Below, one piece after another: positions 40,803 through 49,070 of a stretch of 64,000 nucleotides of DNA. Under the pieces are notes generated by a model, which saw nothing but the letters and a program-made list of their open reading frames with translations, searched no databases and was not told where the DNA came from. The position numbers were made by a program, and so were the translations under genes. How positions within the stretch are numbered: position 1 is the first letter of the stretch; every line of letters starts with the position of its first letter. The stretch lies in the IMG/VR virus record IMGVR_UViG_3300027793_000052, positions 248,001 through 312,000 of that record. One strand, given 5' to 3'.

Positions 40803-41966
40803 ATGAGTTTGTTACCAGTAGAAAATGTATACACTAAAACTGAAACTGTAAAATCAGATTTATATAACATCTTAGGTGATGGTTTTACTTTTTATAAGGT
40901 TTTACCATTCACAGACACCAATTTTGGTAATTATTCTATAAGTCATATATGGGGTAATTTAGGTTATTATAATGAAATAAGTTATAATACAACAAATAAA
41001 TCAATAACATCTGGTGGTTTATTAGATACCATGTTAGCCGATTTACCGAAATCTTTTTATTCTAAAGGTATGATTATCGGTATTGTCAATAACGATGATT
41101 ATAGAGTAGAATTAAATGGTTATAATATTGGTCTTAGAATTCCTTTGAACTCAAGTTACTCTGGTATGACATCAGGTTTAACAGCCACCACTTTATATTC
41201 ATCTTTTGTTTACGAACCTGGTATCTTAGATATTAGTGTTACAAATTTGTGTGATGGAACTAAGGCTGACAGTCAAACACAGGAATCAAATTATATATGG
41301 ACATCAAACGTGGGTATAGGAGCCAAGTATAACTCAACGTCTGAAATGTATAAATCAGGTGTTGTTTATTTATTTAGTGATGACATCTATTATACATTTA
41401 CAGGTGGTACTGGTTCTAGTATTAGTTGGGGTTATCAGTTTGGTGTAGACAACAAATACTCTAAAGGAGCAAGATTAGCCAACCCTAGTAAATCACAAAC
41501 TTTATTCAAAAATACATATGACAGAGCCGTCGGTATGTTACATTTACAATCAGGTATTTTTTATTTGTGGGATGAAAATATTGTAGACGGTTTTAATTGG
41601 ACCAACTTTACAGGAAACCAACTAACTGGGGCTACAACTACTAGTGGTAATACATACGCTGTTGTTGGTGATATAGACACATCCGTTTCACTTAAAGTAG
41701 ACATTATATCCAAACCTAGTGATTGGAATAGTACAACAAATCCCTCGGCTATCGGTGAAGATTGTGGTACAGTATTTACTTCTATATGTTTATACGATAA
41801 TAATGGTAATCTATTAGGGGTTGCTAAAGCCAATGAGGCTATACAATTAAGTGACACAACTTATACACCACTTACTCTAGAATTACCAATTTCTGGGGCC
41901 ATCAATGATGATGTGAACGCCATTTGGAGTTCGGGTTTAATTGCGGGTTATGAGTTAGGGGTTTAA
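40803..41966 (+). CDS. Putative structural protein
   Basis: C-terminal TSICLYDNNGNLLGVAKANEAI parallels the C-terminus of 37165..39213. Confidence 0.6.
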   Translation: MSLLPVENVYTKTETVKSDLYNILGDGFTFYKVLPFTDTNFGNYSISHIWGNLGYYNEISYNTTNKSITSGGLLDTMLADLPKSFYSKGMIIGIVNNDDYRVELNGYNIGLRIPLNSSYSGMTSGLTATTLYSSFVYEPGILDISVTNLCDGTKADSQTQESNYIWTSNVGIGAKYNSTSEMYKSGVVYLFSDDIYYTFTGGTGSSISWGYQFGVDNKYSKGARLANPSKSQTLFKNTYDRAVGMLHLQSGIFYLWDENIVDGFNWTNFTGNQLTGATTTSGNTYAVVGDIDTSVSLKVDIISKPSDWNSTTNPSAIGEDCGTVFTSICLYDNNGNLLGVAKANEAIQLSDTTYTPLTLELPISGAINDDVNAIWSSGLIAGYELGV

Positions 41967-41991
41967 TAATAATATTAATTAATTGTTTTAT

Positions 41992-42642
41992 ATGGAAATT
42001 AAAAAACGTATTCTTGGGCTTGATGTGAGCACCAAAACAATCGGGATGGCATTATTCGAAGAAGATGGTAAGTTATTAGAATTAACACACATCACACCGA
42101 AAATAAAACCACAACCAGAAAATAAAATAGAAGAGTTATTTAGAAAGGTTGATGCTTTTGAAAAACTTTTAACCAGATATATGGATTTAGAAATAGATAA
42201 GGTTATCATTGAAGAACCGTTATTGAATAGTAATAATGTTAACACAGTAGGTACTTTGTTACGTTTTAATGGTATGATTTCTAAAGTTGTTGATGATGTA
42301 TTAGGTGTTGTACCTGAATTTATTTCTTCATATGATTCCAGGTCTCACGCTTTTCCAGAATTAATGTCCATAAGAACACAAGATAAAAAAGGTATACTTT
42401 ATAAAGAAAAAGATTTAAAATCTAAAAAACCTGTATTGTTTGGTGCATATCCATGGGATGTAGACAAAAAACAAATTATATGGGAAAAAGTTGCCGATAG
42501 AGAACCACAAATTGTTTGGGAATATGATAAAAATATGAAGTTGAAAAAAGAAAACTTTGATATGACTGATGCATATGCTTGTGTTTTAGGGTATATGCAT
42601 AAAAACAATTTTTGGAAACCCAAAGTTATTTTACAAACTTAA
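41992..42642 (+). CDS. ruvC: RuvC-like Holliday junction resolvase
   Basis: ILGLDVSTKTIG, VIIEEP and DMTDAY catalytic motifs. ATG at 41992. Confidence 0.82.
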   Translation: MEIKKRILGLDVSTKTIGMALFEEDGKLLELTHITPKIKPQPENKIEELFRKVDAFEKLLTRYMDLEIDKVIIEEPLLNSNNVNTVGTLLRFNGMISKVVDDVLGVVPEFISSYDSRSHAFPELMSIRTQDKKGILYKEKDLKSKKPVLFGAYPWDVDKKQIIWEKVADREPQIVWEYDKNMKLKKENFDMTDAYACVLGYMHKNNFWKPKVILQT

Positions 42643-42660
42643 AATTAATAGTTATATTTG
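42630..42660 (+). promoter_or_regulatory. Promoter TTTACA-N17-TATATT(TG) upstream of primase
   Basis: TTTACA at 42630-42635, 17-nt spacer, TATATTTG at 42653-42660. The latter also fits the Bacteroidota -7 element TAnnTTTG. Confidence 0.6.
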
Positions 42661-42664
42661 TCAT

Positions 42665-43642
42665 ATGGGACAAATAGAATCCTCTTTACTATTAGACGTA
42701 ATTCAAGAAATTTTAGGTAACCCTAGAAAGGAAAACCGAACTAAAGGACAATTTTCATTTGATTGTCCGGTTTGTTCTGCCGAAAAAGATATGCCACAAG
42801 GTGATGGTAAAGGTAACTTTGAAGTTAATGTCAATAAAGGTGTTTACCACTGTTGGTCCTGTGGCGGGACTCATAAAACACATGGTTCCATAGGTAAATT
42901 AATAACCAAGTTTGGTCGTAAAGAACACAAGAAAAAACTAAAACAATTAGGTATCCAATTAGATGACGTTAAGTCACCAAAAAAGAAAGAAATACAAGAG
43001 GTAAGAGAAATACATTTACCTGAAGAATATACGCCCTTTGAAGGTACAAATTCTAACACTTTACCTTATAAAGAGGCTTGGAATTATTTGACCAAGAATA
43101 GAAATTTACCACCAGATATAATCTATAAATATAAAATGGGTTATACCACTGAAGGTGATTATGCCTTTAGAATTATTGTCCCTTCTTATGATAAAGACGG
43201 CAAGTTAAATTATTTCACAGGACGCACATGGTTATCCAAAAAGAAACCTAAATATAAAAACCCTGACCTACCTAGGGAAGAGGTTATTTTTAATGAACAA
43301 TTAATAAATTGGGATTCCACGATTTATATTGTGGAAGGACCTTTTGACCATATAGTGGTTTATAACTCCATACCAATGTTAGGTAAAGACCTACATTCAA
43401 AACTGTATGATAGTTTAATGAAAAAGGCCAATAGTTGGGTTGTTGTTCTGTTAGATGATGATGCTTGGGATAGAGCAAAACAAATATACTCACAACTTAA
43501 TGTGGGTAGGTTACATGGTAAAGTTAAAGTTATTAAAATGAAAGATGGTTATGACATATCACAGGTTAATGAAGAATTCGGTAGGGAAGGTGTAATAGAC
43601 GTTTTAAAATCATCCGTTAAATTAAAAGAAAGTATGTTATAA
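42665..43642 (+). CDS. dnaG: DNA primase (Zn-ribbon + TOPRIM)
   Basis: CPVC...HCWSC Zn site, RIIVPSYD..G.LNYFTGR, IYIVEGPFD and LLDDDA motifs. Confidence 0.9.
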   Translation: MGQIESSLLLDVIQEILGNPRKENRTKGQFSFDCPVCSAEKDMPQGDGKGNFEVNVNKGVYHCWSCGGTHKTHGSIGKLITKFGRKEHKKKLKQLGIQLDDVKSPKKKEIQEVREIHLPEEYTPFEGTNSNTLPYKEAWNYLTKNRNLPPDIIYKYKMGYTTEGDYAFRIIVPSYDKDGKLNYFTGRTWLSKKKPKYKNPDLPREEVIFNEQLINWDSTIYIVEGPFDHIVVYNSIPMLGKDLHSKLYDSLMKKANSWVVVLLDDDAWDRAKQIYSQLNVGRLHGKVKVIKMKDGYDISQVNEEFGREGVIDVLKSSVKLKESML

Positions 43643-43648
43643 TTTTTG

Positions 43649-43657
43649 ATATTTATA
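43649..43657 (+). promoter_or_regulatory. ATATTTATA candidate late-promoter motif
   Basis: 6 nt before the ATG at 43664. Confidence 0.45.
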
Positions 43658-43663
43658 ATTAAG

Positions 43664-43870
43664 ATGGGATTTAATAAAAGATATGTTAATAAAAAAATAA
43701 TTAAAACTGTTTTAAGTGAAGACGGTATTGATGCTTTGATAAATTTTATAAAAAAACCTGACGCTCTAATTATTGAGGATGTTTATTCACAAAAAGTTTG
43801 TGACATTATTTTGGACAACCAAAGTGGTGACGATATTTTAAACAAAATATTAAATATAGATAATGGCTAG
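43664..43870 (+). CDS. Small hypothetical protein
   Basis: ATG at 43664 (MGFNKRY...) preferred over the track TTG at 43646. Confidence 0.6.
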   Translation: MGFNKRYVNKKIIKTVLSEDGIDALINFIKKPDALIIEDVYSQKVCDIILDNQSGDDILNKILNIDNG

Positions 43871-44612
43871 AAAAAGAGATAGCGTTGTTTGGTTGGAACC
43901 TAAAGAACATGTTTATATACATAAAGTTACAAATGAAAAATTTAAATCTGTAACAGGTGTTTTATCCATGTTGGAACCTGAATTTAACTCTGAAGAAGTT
44001 GCATTAGCTATTTCTATGCAAGACCCCTCCAAGAAGAAGGAACAATATCAGAATATGTCTCAAGAGGAGATATTAGCCGAATGGAAACGTATTAACGATG
44101 AGGCTAATGAATATGGTACACAAATCCATGAAATAATGGAAAGGTATCTATTGGCTGACAAAATTTATATACCACAAGATGATTATGAAAGGGAATTAAT
44201 AACTAAATTTCAGGAGATAGATCCAATGACAAAAGGTACAATATACCCAGAAACTATTTTATTCTCTGAAAAACACAAATTGGCAGGTACTGCTGATATT
44301 ATAGAGGATTGTGGTGACTACTTTAATGTATGGGATTGGAAAACTAATAAAGCTTTCAGATTTATTTCGGAATATAACCATTGGTTAAATCCACCTGTAT
44401 CACACTTATCAGATTGTCAATATAATGTATACGCTTTACAATTATCAATCTACGCTTACATGTTTCAAATGGAAACTAAAAAGAAAGTGGGTAGATTGGG
44501 TATATTCTATTATGATAAAGAACAAGGATTTAAATTAATACCACTACCTTACATTGGTCTTGAGGCAAAGGCCGTACTAGATTATTGGGTAAATAAGAAC
44601 AACAAAAAATAA
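43863..44612 (+). CDS. PD-(D/E)XK exonuclease (RecB/Cas4-like superfamily)
   Basis: GTQIHEIME, LAGTADII, VWDWKT and YALQLSIYAYM motifs. Confidence 0.85.
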   Translation: MARKRDSVVWLEPKEHVYIHKVTNEKFKSVTGVLSMLEPEFNSEEVALAISMQDPSKKKEQYQNMSQEEILAEWKRINDEANEYGTQIHEIMERYLLADKIYIPQDDYERELITKFQEIDPMTKGTIYPETILFSEKHKLAGTADIIEDCGDYFNVWDWKTNKAFRFISEYNHWLNPPVSHLSDCQYNVYALQLSIYAYMFQMETKKKVGRLGIFYYDKEQGFKLIPLPYIGLEAKAVLDYWVNKNNKK

Positions 44613-44629
44613 ATAATTTGATATATTGA

Positions 44630-44689
44630 TTATTTTTTTATTTCTTTCCTTTTTCCCCCAGTCCACTTATATATTGGTTCTATTTTCAT
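44630..44689 (-). pseudogene. 19-codon remnant of a Dam/D12-class DNA adenine methyltransferase N-terminus
   Basis: The minus strand reads ATG AAA ATA GAA CCA ATA TAT AAG TGG ACT GGG GGA AAA AGG AAA GAA ATA AAA AAA TAA = MKIEPIYKWTGGKRKEIKK*. This matches the Dam motif-X start P..KW.GGK; no continuation in the other frames. Confidence 0.7.
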
Positions 44690-44783
44690 TTATTGATTTT
44701 TTATCAATAATAACTAAAATAAATAAAAAGTACATAAAAATATTTTTATTGTTGTGTATTTATATCATACAAAAACAAAAGTT

Positions 44784-45092
44784 ATGCAAGAATTAAATTC
44801 AATTACCTATCAAGAAAAAATTAATGAAAATAAACTAACATTAGTTAAGTATGCCGCAAATTGGTGTGGGCCATGTCGCATGTTAACACCCATCTTAAAT
44901 AAGGTGGTTGAAAATTATACCGATATTAATGTTGGTGAAGTTAATATTGACACACACCCTGATTTGGCTGTTAAAGATGGCATTAGAGGTGTACCGACAA
45001 TAGTTTTTTATAAAAATGGACAAGTTGTTGATAGAATGGTTGGATTACAACCGGCTCAAGTTTACCAATCTAAAATAGATAGTTTAAAATAA
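44784..45092 (+). CDS. trxA: Thioredoxin
   Basis: WCGPC active site and GIRGVPT motif. ATG at 44784. Confidence 0.93.
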   Translation: MQELNSITYQEKINENKLTLVKYAANWCGPCRMLTPILNKVVENYTDINVGEVNIDTHPDLAVKDGIRGVPTIVFYKNGQVVDRMVGLQPAQVYQSKIDSLK

Positions 45093-45098
45093 AAAATA

Positions 45099-45656
45099 TT
45101 AATCTCTAACACGAAATTCAATAGAAAGACGGTCAAATCCCATCCAACCTTTAACAATTATCCAACGATATTCAAGGTTTGATTGAGGAATAAAACCGTC
45201 TTTTAGTTGTATACCAATATTAGATTGTGAAATATTATCCAATATTTCTTGACCAACATTCAATCTAACACCATTAATAAATTTATTATAATTGGTGACA
45301 GCCAAATCATAATCCCCATAACCAAATATTTGAATAACTTTATTCACAGCATCATGACTAGCTACCTTAAAAATAGGTTCAGAATATAAAGTCCAATCCT
45401 TTAATTTATCTTTATTATATTTTTTAATTTCAACACCATCACCATTTGGTGTAATTGCGTCATACTTATGAAAGACACTACCTTCTATGGGATAAAACTT
45501 TGTTGGGTCAAAATCAACCGAAGATATTTTTTGAAAATTAGAACGACCACTTCCTGACCACTTAATTCTAGGTGACTTAGAAACACGACGCCAACCTAAG
45601 GTCTCACATATGGAATATTCAAAATCCACACCAGTTTTATTTCTACTTTGTCCCAT
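45099..45656 (-). CDS. Putative restriction-endonuclease-like PD-(D/E)XK nuclease (only intact minus-strand gene)
   Basis: 185 aa with ATG start; N-terminal G..FE helix and KYDAITPNGDGVEIKKY (D...ExK). It fills the gap between two + strand genes exactly. Confidence 0.6.
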   Translation of the reverse strand: MGQSRNKTGVDFEYSICETLGWRRVSKSPRIKWSGSGRSNFQKISSVDFDPTKFYPIEGSVFHKYDAITPNGDGVEIKKYNKDKLKDWTLYSEPIFKVASHDAVNKVIQIFGYGDYDLAVTNYNKFINGVRLNVGQEILDNISQSNIGIQLKDGFIPQSNLEYRWIIVKGWMGFDRLSIEFRVRD

Positions 45657-45684
45657 TTACAGATTAAGTATTTTAACGTATTAT
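45656..45684 (+). promoter_or_regulatory. Promoter TTTACA-N17-TATTAT upstream of the DUF4338 cluster
   Basis: TTTACA at 45656-45661, 17-nt spacer, TATTAT at 45679-45684. It overlaps the start codon of the divergent nuclease gene. Confidence 0.55.
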
Positions 45685-45718
45685 TGTAAGTATATAATAT
45701 TTTTTTAAAAAAGTAAAA

Positions 45719-46867
45719 ATGGCTGAAGTATTCGATACAAAATTAACACCTGAAGAAACAGAATATTTAACCAACAGATTGATGGGTTTTTATAGTGAGT
45801 TGGAAACTATTCAGGATTATTTCTTAGAACGTAAGAAAGAGAAGGTGGTTGATATTAACCATGATAAGTTCACAAAACTTATGTTCGATGATTATGGTAT
45901 CGAACCTAAAGATATGAAATTCGAGATTGAAATAATAGATGGTAAATTATTTAATCCAGCAACACAAATAATCACATCACTACCACTTGAATCTCAAATC
46001 GGTAGACAAATAATGATAGGTGTTAAAGAAACAAATACCAATAAGTACGTTGGGTTTATTCGTTTAGCTTCACCTGTTTTATCTATTAAACCACGTAATG
46101 ATTTATTTCAGGGGTTTAAAATCACAGCTAATGAAGTGAACAAATATATGATTAACGGTGCTATCATTGTACCCGTACAACCATTTGGTTATAACTATTT
46201 GGGTGGTAAGTTGTTGGCCTTGATTTGTTGTTCACATGAGGCAAGACAAATGTTAAAAGATAAATACGGTGATAAGATAGATACGGTATTTATGGAAACC
46301 ACATCACTTTATGGTGATATTAAAGGGGTTAGTCAATATGACGGTCTTAAACCTTTTATGAGATATGGTAGTATGACAGAATCCGACTTATTTTTATTCC
46401 CTAATGACGATGTTTTTATGGAAATTAGAAATGTGTTAAGACCATTATACGGTAAACCTGAATGGGGTGGTTCTATGGTTGACCCTGGTCCATCTGGCCC
46501 TAAGATGAGAGAATTTAATAAAATAATCTCTATATTAAAAAACCACTTAAGGGTTCAAAATCCACAGAAATATAAAGAATTTCATGACTTTACTAAGTCA
46601 CATATGAAAGCTAAAACCAAAAAAAGGTATTACTACTGTAATTACGGTTATGATAATATTGGGGCATATATATCTAGTGACGGTAAAGTACCTTTAGTTA
46701 AGAGAGATAATTGGGATAGATACCATTTAACTCACATGATTGATTGGTGGAAGTCAAAAGCACAAAACAGATACGAGACTTTAAAAAATGATGGTAGATT
46801 AAGAAACGATTTGGAGATATACACATTGGATAGGATTGAATCTGGTAATGTTGACATGGTAAGATAA
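45719..46867 (+). CDS. DUF4338 (Druantia DruA-like) domain protein, paralog 1
   Basis: GRQI, VGFIRLASPV....PRN, IVPVQPFGYNYLGGKLLALICCS and ETTSLYG....SQYDGL motifs. Confidence 0.7.
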   Translation: MAEVFDTKLTPEETEYLTNRLMGFYSELETIQDYFLERKKEKVVDINHDKFTKLMFDDYGIEPKDMKFEIEIIDGKLFNPATQIITSLPLESQIGRQIMIGVKETNTNKYVGFIRLASPVLSIKPRNDLFQGFKITANEVNKYMINGAIIVPVQPFGYNYLGGKLLALICCSHEARQMLKDKYGDKIDTVFMETTSLYGDIKGVSQYDGLKPFMRYGSMTESDLFLFPNDDVFMEIRNVLRPLYGKPEWGGSMVDPGPSGPKMREFNKIISILKNHLRVQNPQKYKEFHDFTKSHMKAKTKKRYYYCNYGYDNIGAYISSDGKVPLVKRDNWDRYHLTHMIDWWKSKAQNRYETLKNDGRLRNDLEIYTLDRIESGNVDMVR

Positions 46868-47070
46868 TGTTAGAATTTAAAAATCCAATACCAGTAGTAG
46901 TTGAAGATAACAAAGAAGGTTATGCCATATATGTAACAAATGGCGGTTCATTTGAGAATGATATATGGTGTGTGGTTCATTGTGACGGCGGCATTGTTAG
47001 ACATTACAGAAGTGACCAAATAAAAATACATAATAATTTAACTTTAGATATAAAAAAACATGGACAGTAA
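46867..47070 (+). CDS. Small hypothetical protein
   Basis: 67 aa, TAATG-coupled. Confidence 0.65.
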   Translation: MLEFKNPIPVVVEDNKEGYAIYVTNGGSFENDIWCVVHCDGGIVRHYRSDQIKIHNNLTLDIKKHGQ

Positions 47071-47461
47071 AAAAGTATCAAATCTATTAAGGGCTGTAGC
47101 AGACCTTATGGATAACACAACAGAAGTTGTACAAGAAACACAAAAAGATATGGTTAAAACCATAGAAAAGAACACAAATGACTATTTAGAACATTCTTTA
47201 AAACTTATGAGAAAGATTGAAGATAATGACACAATTAGAGCTTATAAGAATAAAATGGGTAAGCAAAATAAAGTTTTGTCTGAAGCCTTACTAGAAATAC
47301 AAAAGTTACGTGAGAATGCTATAGAAGACATGATTAGAGATGCTAAAGGCATATCCAACCCAATAGACTTTTTTAATAAAACTATCACTAATAGTGAAAA
47401 ATTAGGTAGACAGTTTGTTAAAGAAGGTGAAATTTTAAATAAGGCTATTACACAAGAATAA
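47060..47461 (+). CDS. Hypothetical alpha-helical/coiled-coil protein
   Basis: 133 aa, heptad-like, rich in L/I/K/E. Confidence 0.65.
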   Translation: MDSKKVSNLLRAVADLMDNTTEVVQETQKDMVKTIEKNTNDYLEHSLKLMRKIEDNDTIRAYKNKMGKQNKVLSEALLEIQKLRENAIEDMIRDAKGISNPIDFFNKTITNSEKLGRQFVKEGEILNKAITQE

Positions 47462-47464
47462 TTT

Positions 47465-48109
47465 ATGTACTGTGAGGTATCACCAAGACAATCTGGTAAA
47501 ACTACAAGGTTGATAACAGCCTTGGTGGAATACCTACGTAACAATATACGTAATAACCATTATGTTGCTTTAGTCACACCTAACTCTAATATAACTAAAG
47601 ATTTACTTAATCTTATTAGAGATAGGTTGGCTATAGAATGTTCTTATGATGTAGGTATGGAATGGCCTAGTGATGGTATATACCGATTGGTTGATGATTA
47701 CCATATGAAACACATCATAACAAAAACAAGGTTTGGTGAGTATAGAAATGAACCTAATATGTGGTTTTTCGATGAGTTTGCCTCCATACCAATGGATAAA
47801 GTTTTACACCCAATTAACCAAACCCTAATAACAAATGCCTATTATTGTACAACACCATCAAATGGTATTAACTTAACAACAGATACTATAGTTGAGTATT
47901 GTCGAGATAATAATATAAACATTCAATTCCATAACCCTTGGACACCTAATAGACTTAGGGAACAAGGTGGTTTGGAACCTTATATTAGAAATCATGTATT
48001 GGGTAGTTGGGTAGAATATATGGCATCAAACGGTTTTAACATAGAAGAGTTAAAATCAGAAATCATTTCAAAATATATTAAAAAACATCGTTTTATTAAT
48101 GGTAAATAG
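47465..48109 (+). CDS. Stand-alone terminase-type P-loop ATPase domain protein
   Basis: Walker A PRQSGKTT, VALVTPN, Walker B WFFDEF, coupling-like YCTTP; only 214 aa, with no nuclease domain. Confidence 0.62.
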   Translation: MYCEVSPRQSGKTTRLITALVEYLRNNIRNNHYVALVTPNSNITKDLLNLIRDRLAIECSYDVGMEWPSDGIYRLVDDYHMKHIITKTRFGEYRNEPNMWFFDEFASIPMDKVLHPINQTLITNAYYCTTPSNGINLTTDTIVEYCRDNNINIQFHNPWTPNRLREQGGLEPYIRNHVLGSWVEYMASNGFNIEELKSEIISKYIKKHRFINGK

Positions 48110-49049
48110 AGAACAGTTAAAACATGATTTGTTAAATTTTACCTTCTTAACACAGGAAGAACAAAAGGCTAAACAACCCAAGAAGTACGATTCAATATGG
48201 ATTAATGAAAGTATTGTAGATGATCCAATAAACATTAAACCATTATTAATACCTGTGGATTCCACTAGTAAACTATGGAGGGAGTGGAAAAGTGTGGAAG
48301 AACATGTGTCTAGTTTCCCATTTAGACGTAGTCCTGGTAGAAATAACTATTTCCTTGTTAAAAACGAGTATGATGGTAAAAATCTAGGTATTTTAGATGT
48401 GGCTGCCGATTTCTTAGCATTAGGACCAAGAGATAGACACATTGGTTGGAACAAAGATGAAAGAGTTGTTAGAAATAGAAATATTGCTAATATATCTGTT
48501 TGTGTACCTACTAGACATTTTGGTTATAACATGGCAGGGGGTAAGTTATTAACATTGTTAGCTGCCTCTAATTTTGTTGGTGACCATTGGAAATTAAAGT
48601 ATGGTGATGATTTGGCTGGATTAACTGTAACTTCCTTATACGGTAGAGGTGTACAATACAATAGATTAAAACACTTTAAATATTTAGGTCTAACACAAGG
48701 ACAAGGTACAGTACAGATAGACGAGGACCTATATCAACAAATGAGGTTGGTTGTGGAGGAGGAAGAAGGTGAAATACCTGGAGGTCAATTTACAAGTGGT
48801 AAAAACTCAAGAATAAATATTATTAGAAAGGCTAGTGATTACTTAAATATTGACGCTAGGGTTTTAACAACCCACGGTAATCGTAGAGGGATTTATTGGT
48901 GTGATAGAGGTGATAACACTTCAGAGTTTTTAAGAGGTATTGACAAAGACTTCAAGGTTAAAGAAGGTTTGGATATAGAAACACTAACAAACCATTGGAG
49001 AGAAAGGTGGGCCTATAAACGTATTGAAAATGTTAAAACTAAAGTTTAA
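48099..49049 (+). CDS. DUF4338 (Druantia DruA-like) domain protein, paralog 2
   Basis: PGRN.YFLV, LGPRDRHIGW, CVPTRHFGYNMAGGKLLTLLAAS and TVTSLYGRGVQYNRL..FKYLGLTQGQG motifs. Confidence 0.75.
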   Translation: MVNREQLKHDLLNFTFLTQEEQKAKQPKKYDSIWINESIVDDPINIKPLLIPVDSTSKLWREWKSVEEHVSSFPFRRSPGRNNYFLVKNEYDGKNLGILDVAADFLALGPRDRHIGWNKDERVVRNRNIANISVCVPTRHFGYNMAGGKLLTLLAASNFVGDHWKLKYGDDLAGLTVTSLYGRGVQYNRLKHFKYLGLTQGQGTVQIDEDLYQQMRLVVEEEEGEIPGGQFTSGKNSRINIIRKASDYLNIDARVLTTHGNRRGIYWCDRGDNTSEFLRGIDKDFKVKEGLDIETLTNHWRERWAYKRIENVKTKV

Positions 49050-49070
49050 ACTTAATAAAAAATAATTAAT

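Noticed and set aside
43863-44612. Cas4 / CRISPR adaptation role for the PD-(D/E)XK nuclease
   Set aside because: It lacks the four-Cys Fe-S cluster motif and there is no cas or array context; an ordinary phage exonuclease is more likely.
44690-44783. Replication origin in the AT-rich gap
   Set aside because: No iterons; the gap is better explained as divergent promoter space between the dam relic and thioredoxin.
45719-49049. Complete Druantia defence system
   Set aside because: Only DruA-like domains are present; there is no large DruE helicase or DruB-D equivalent in the window.
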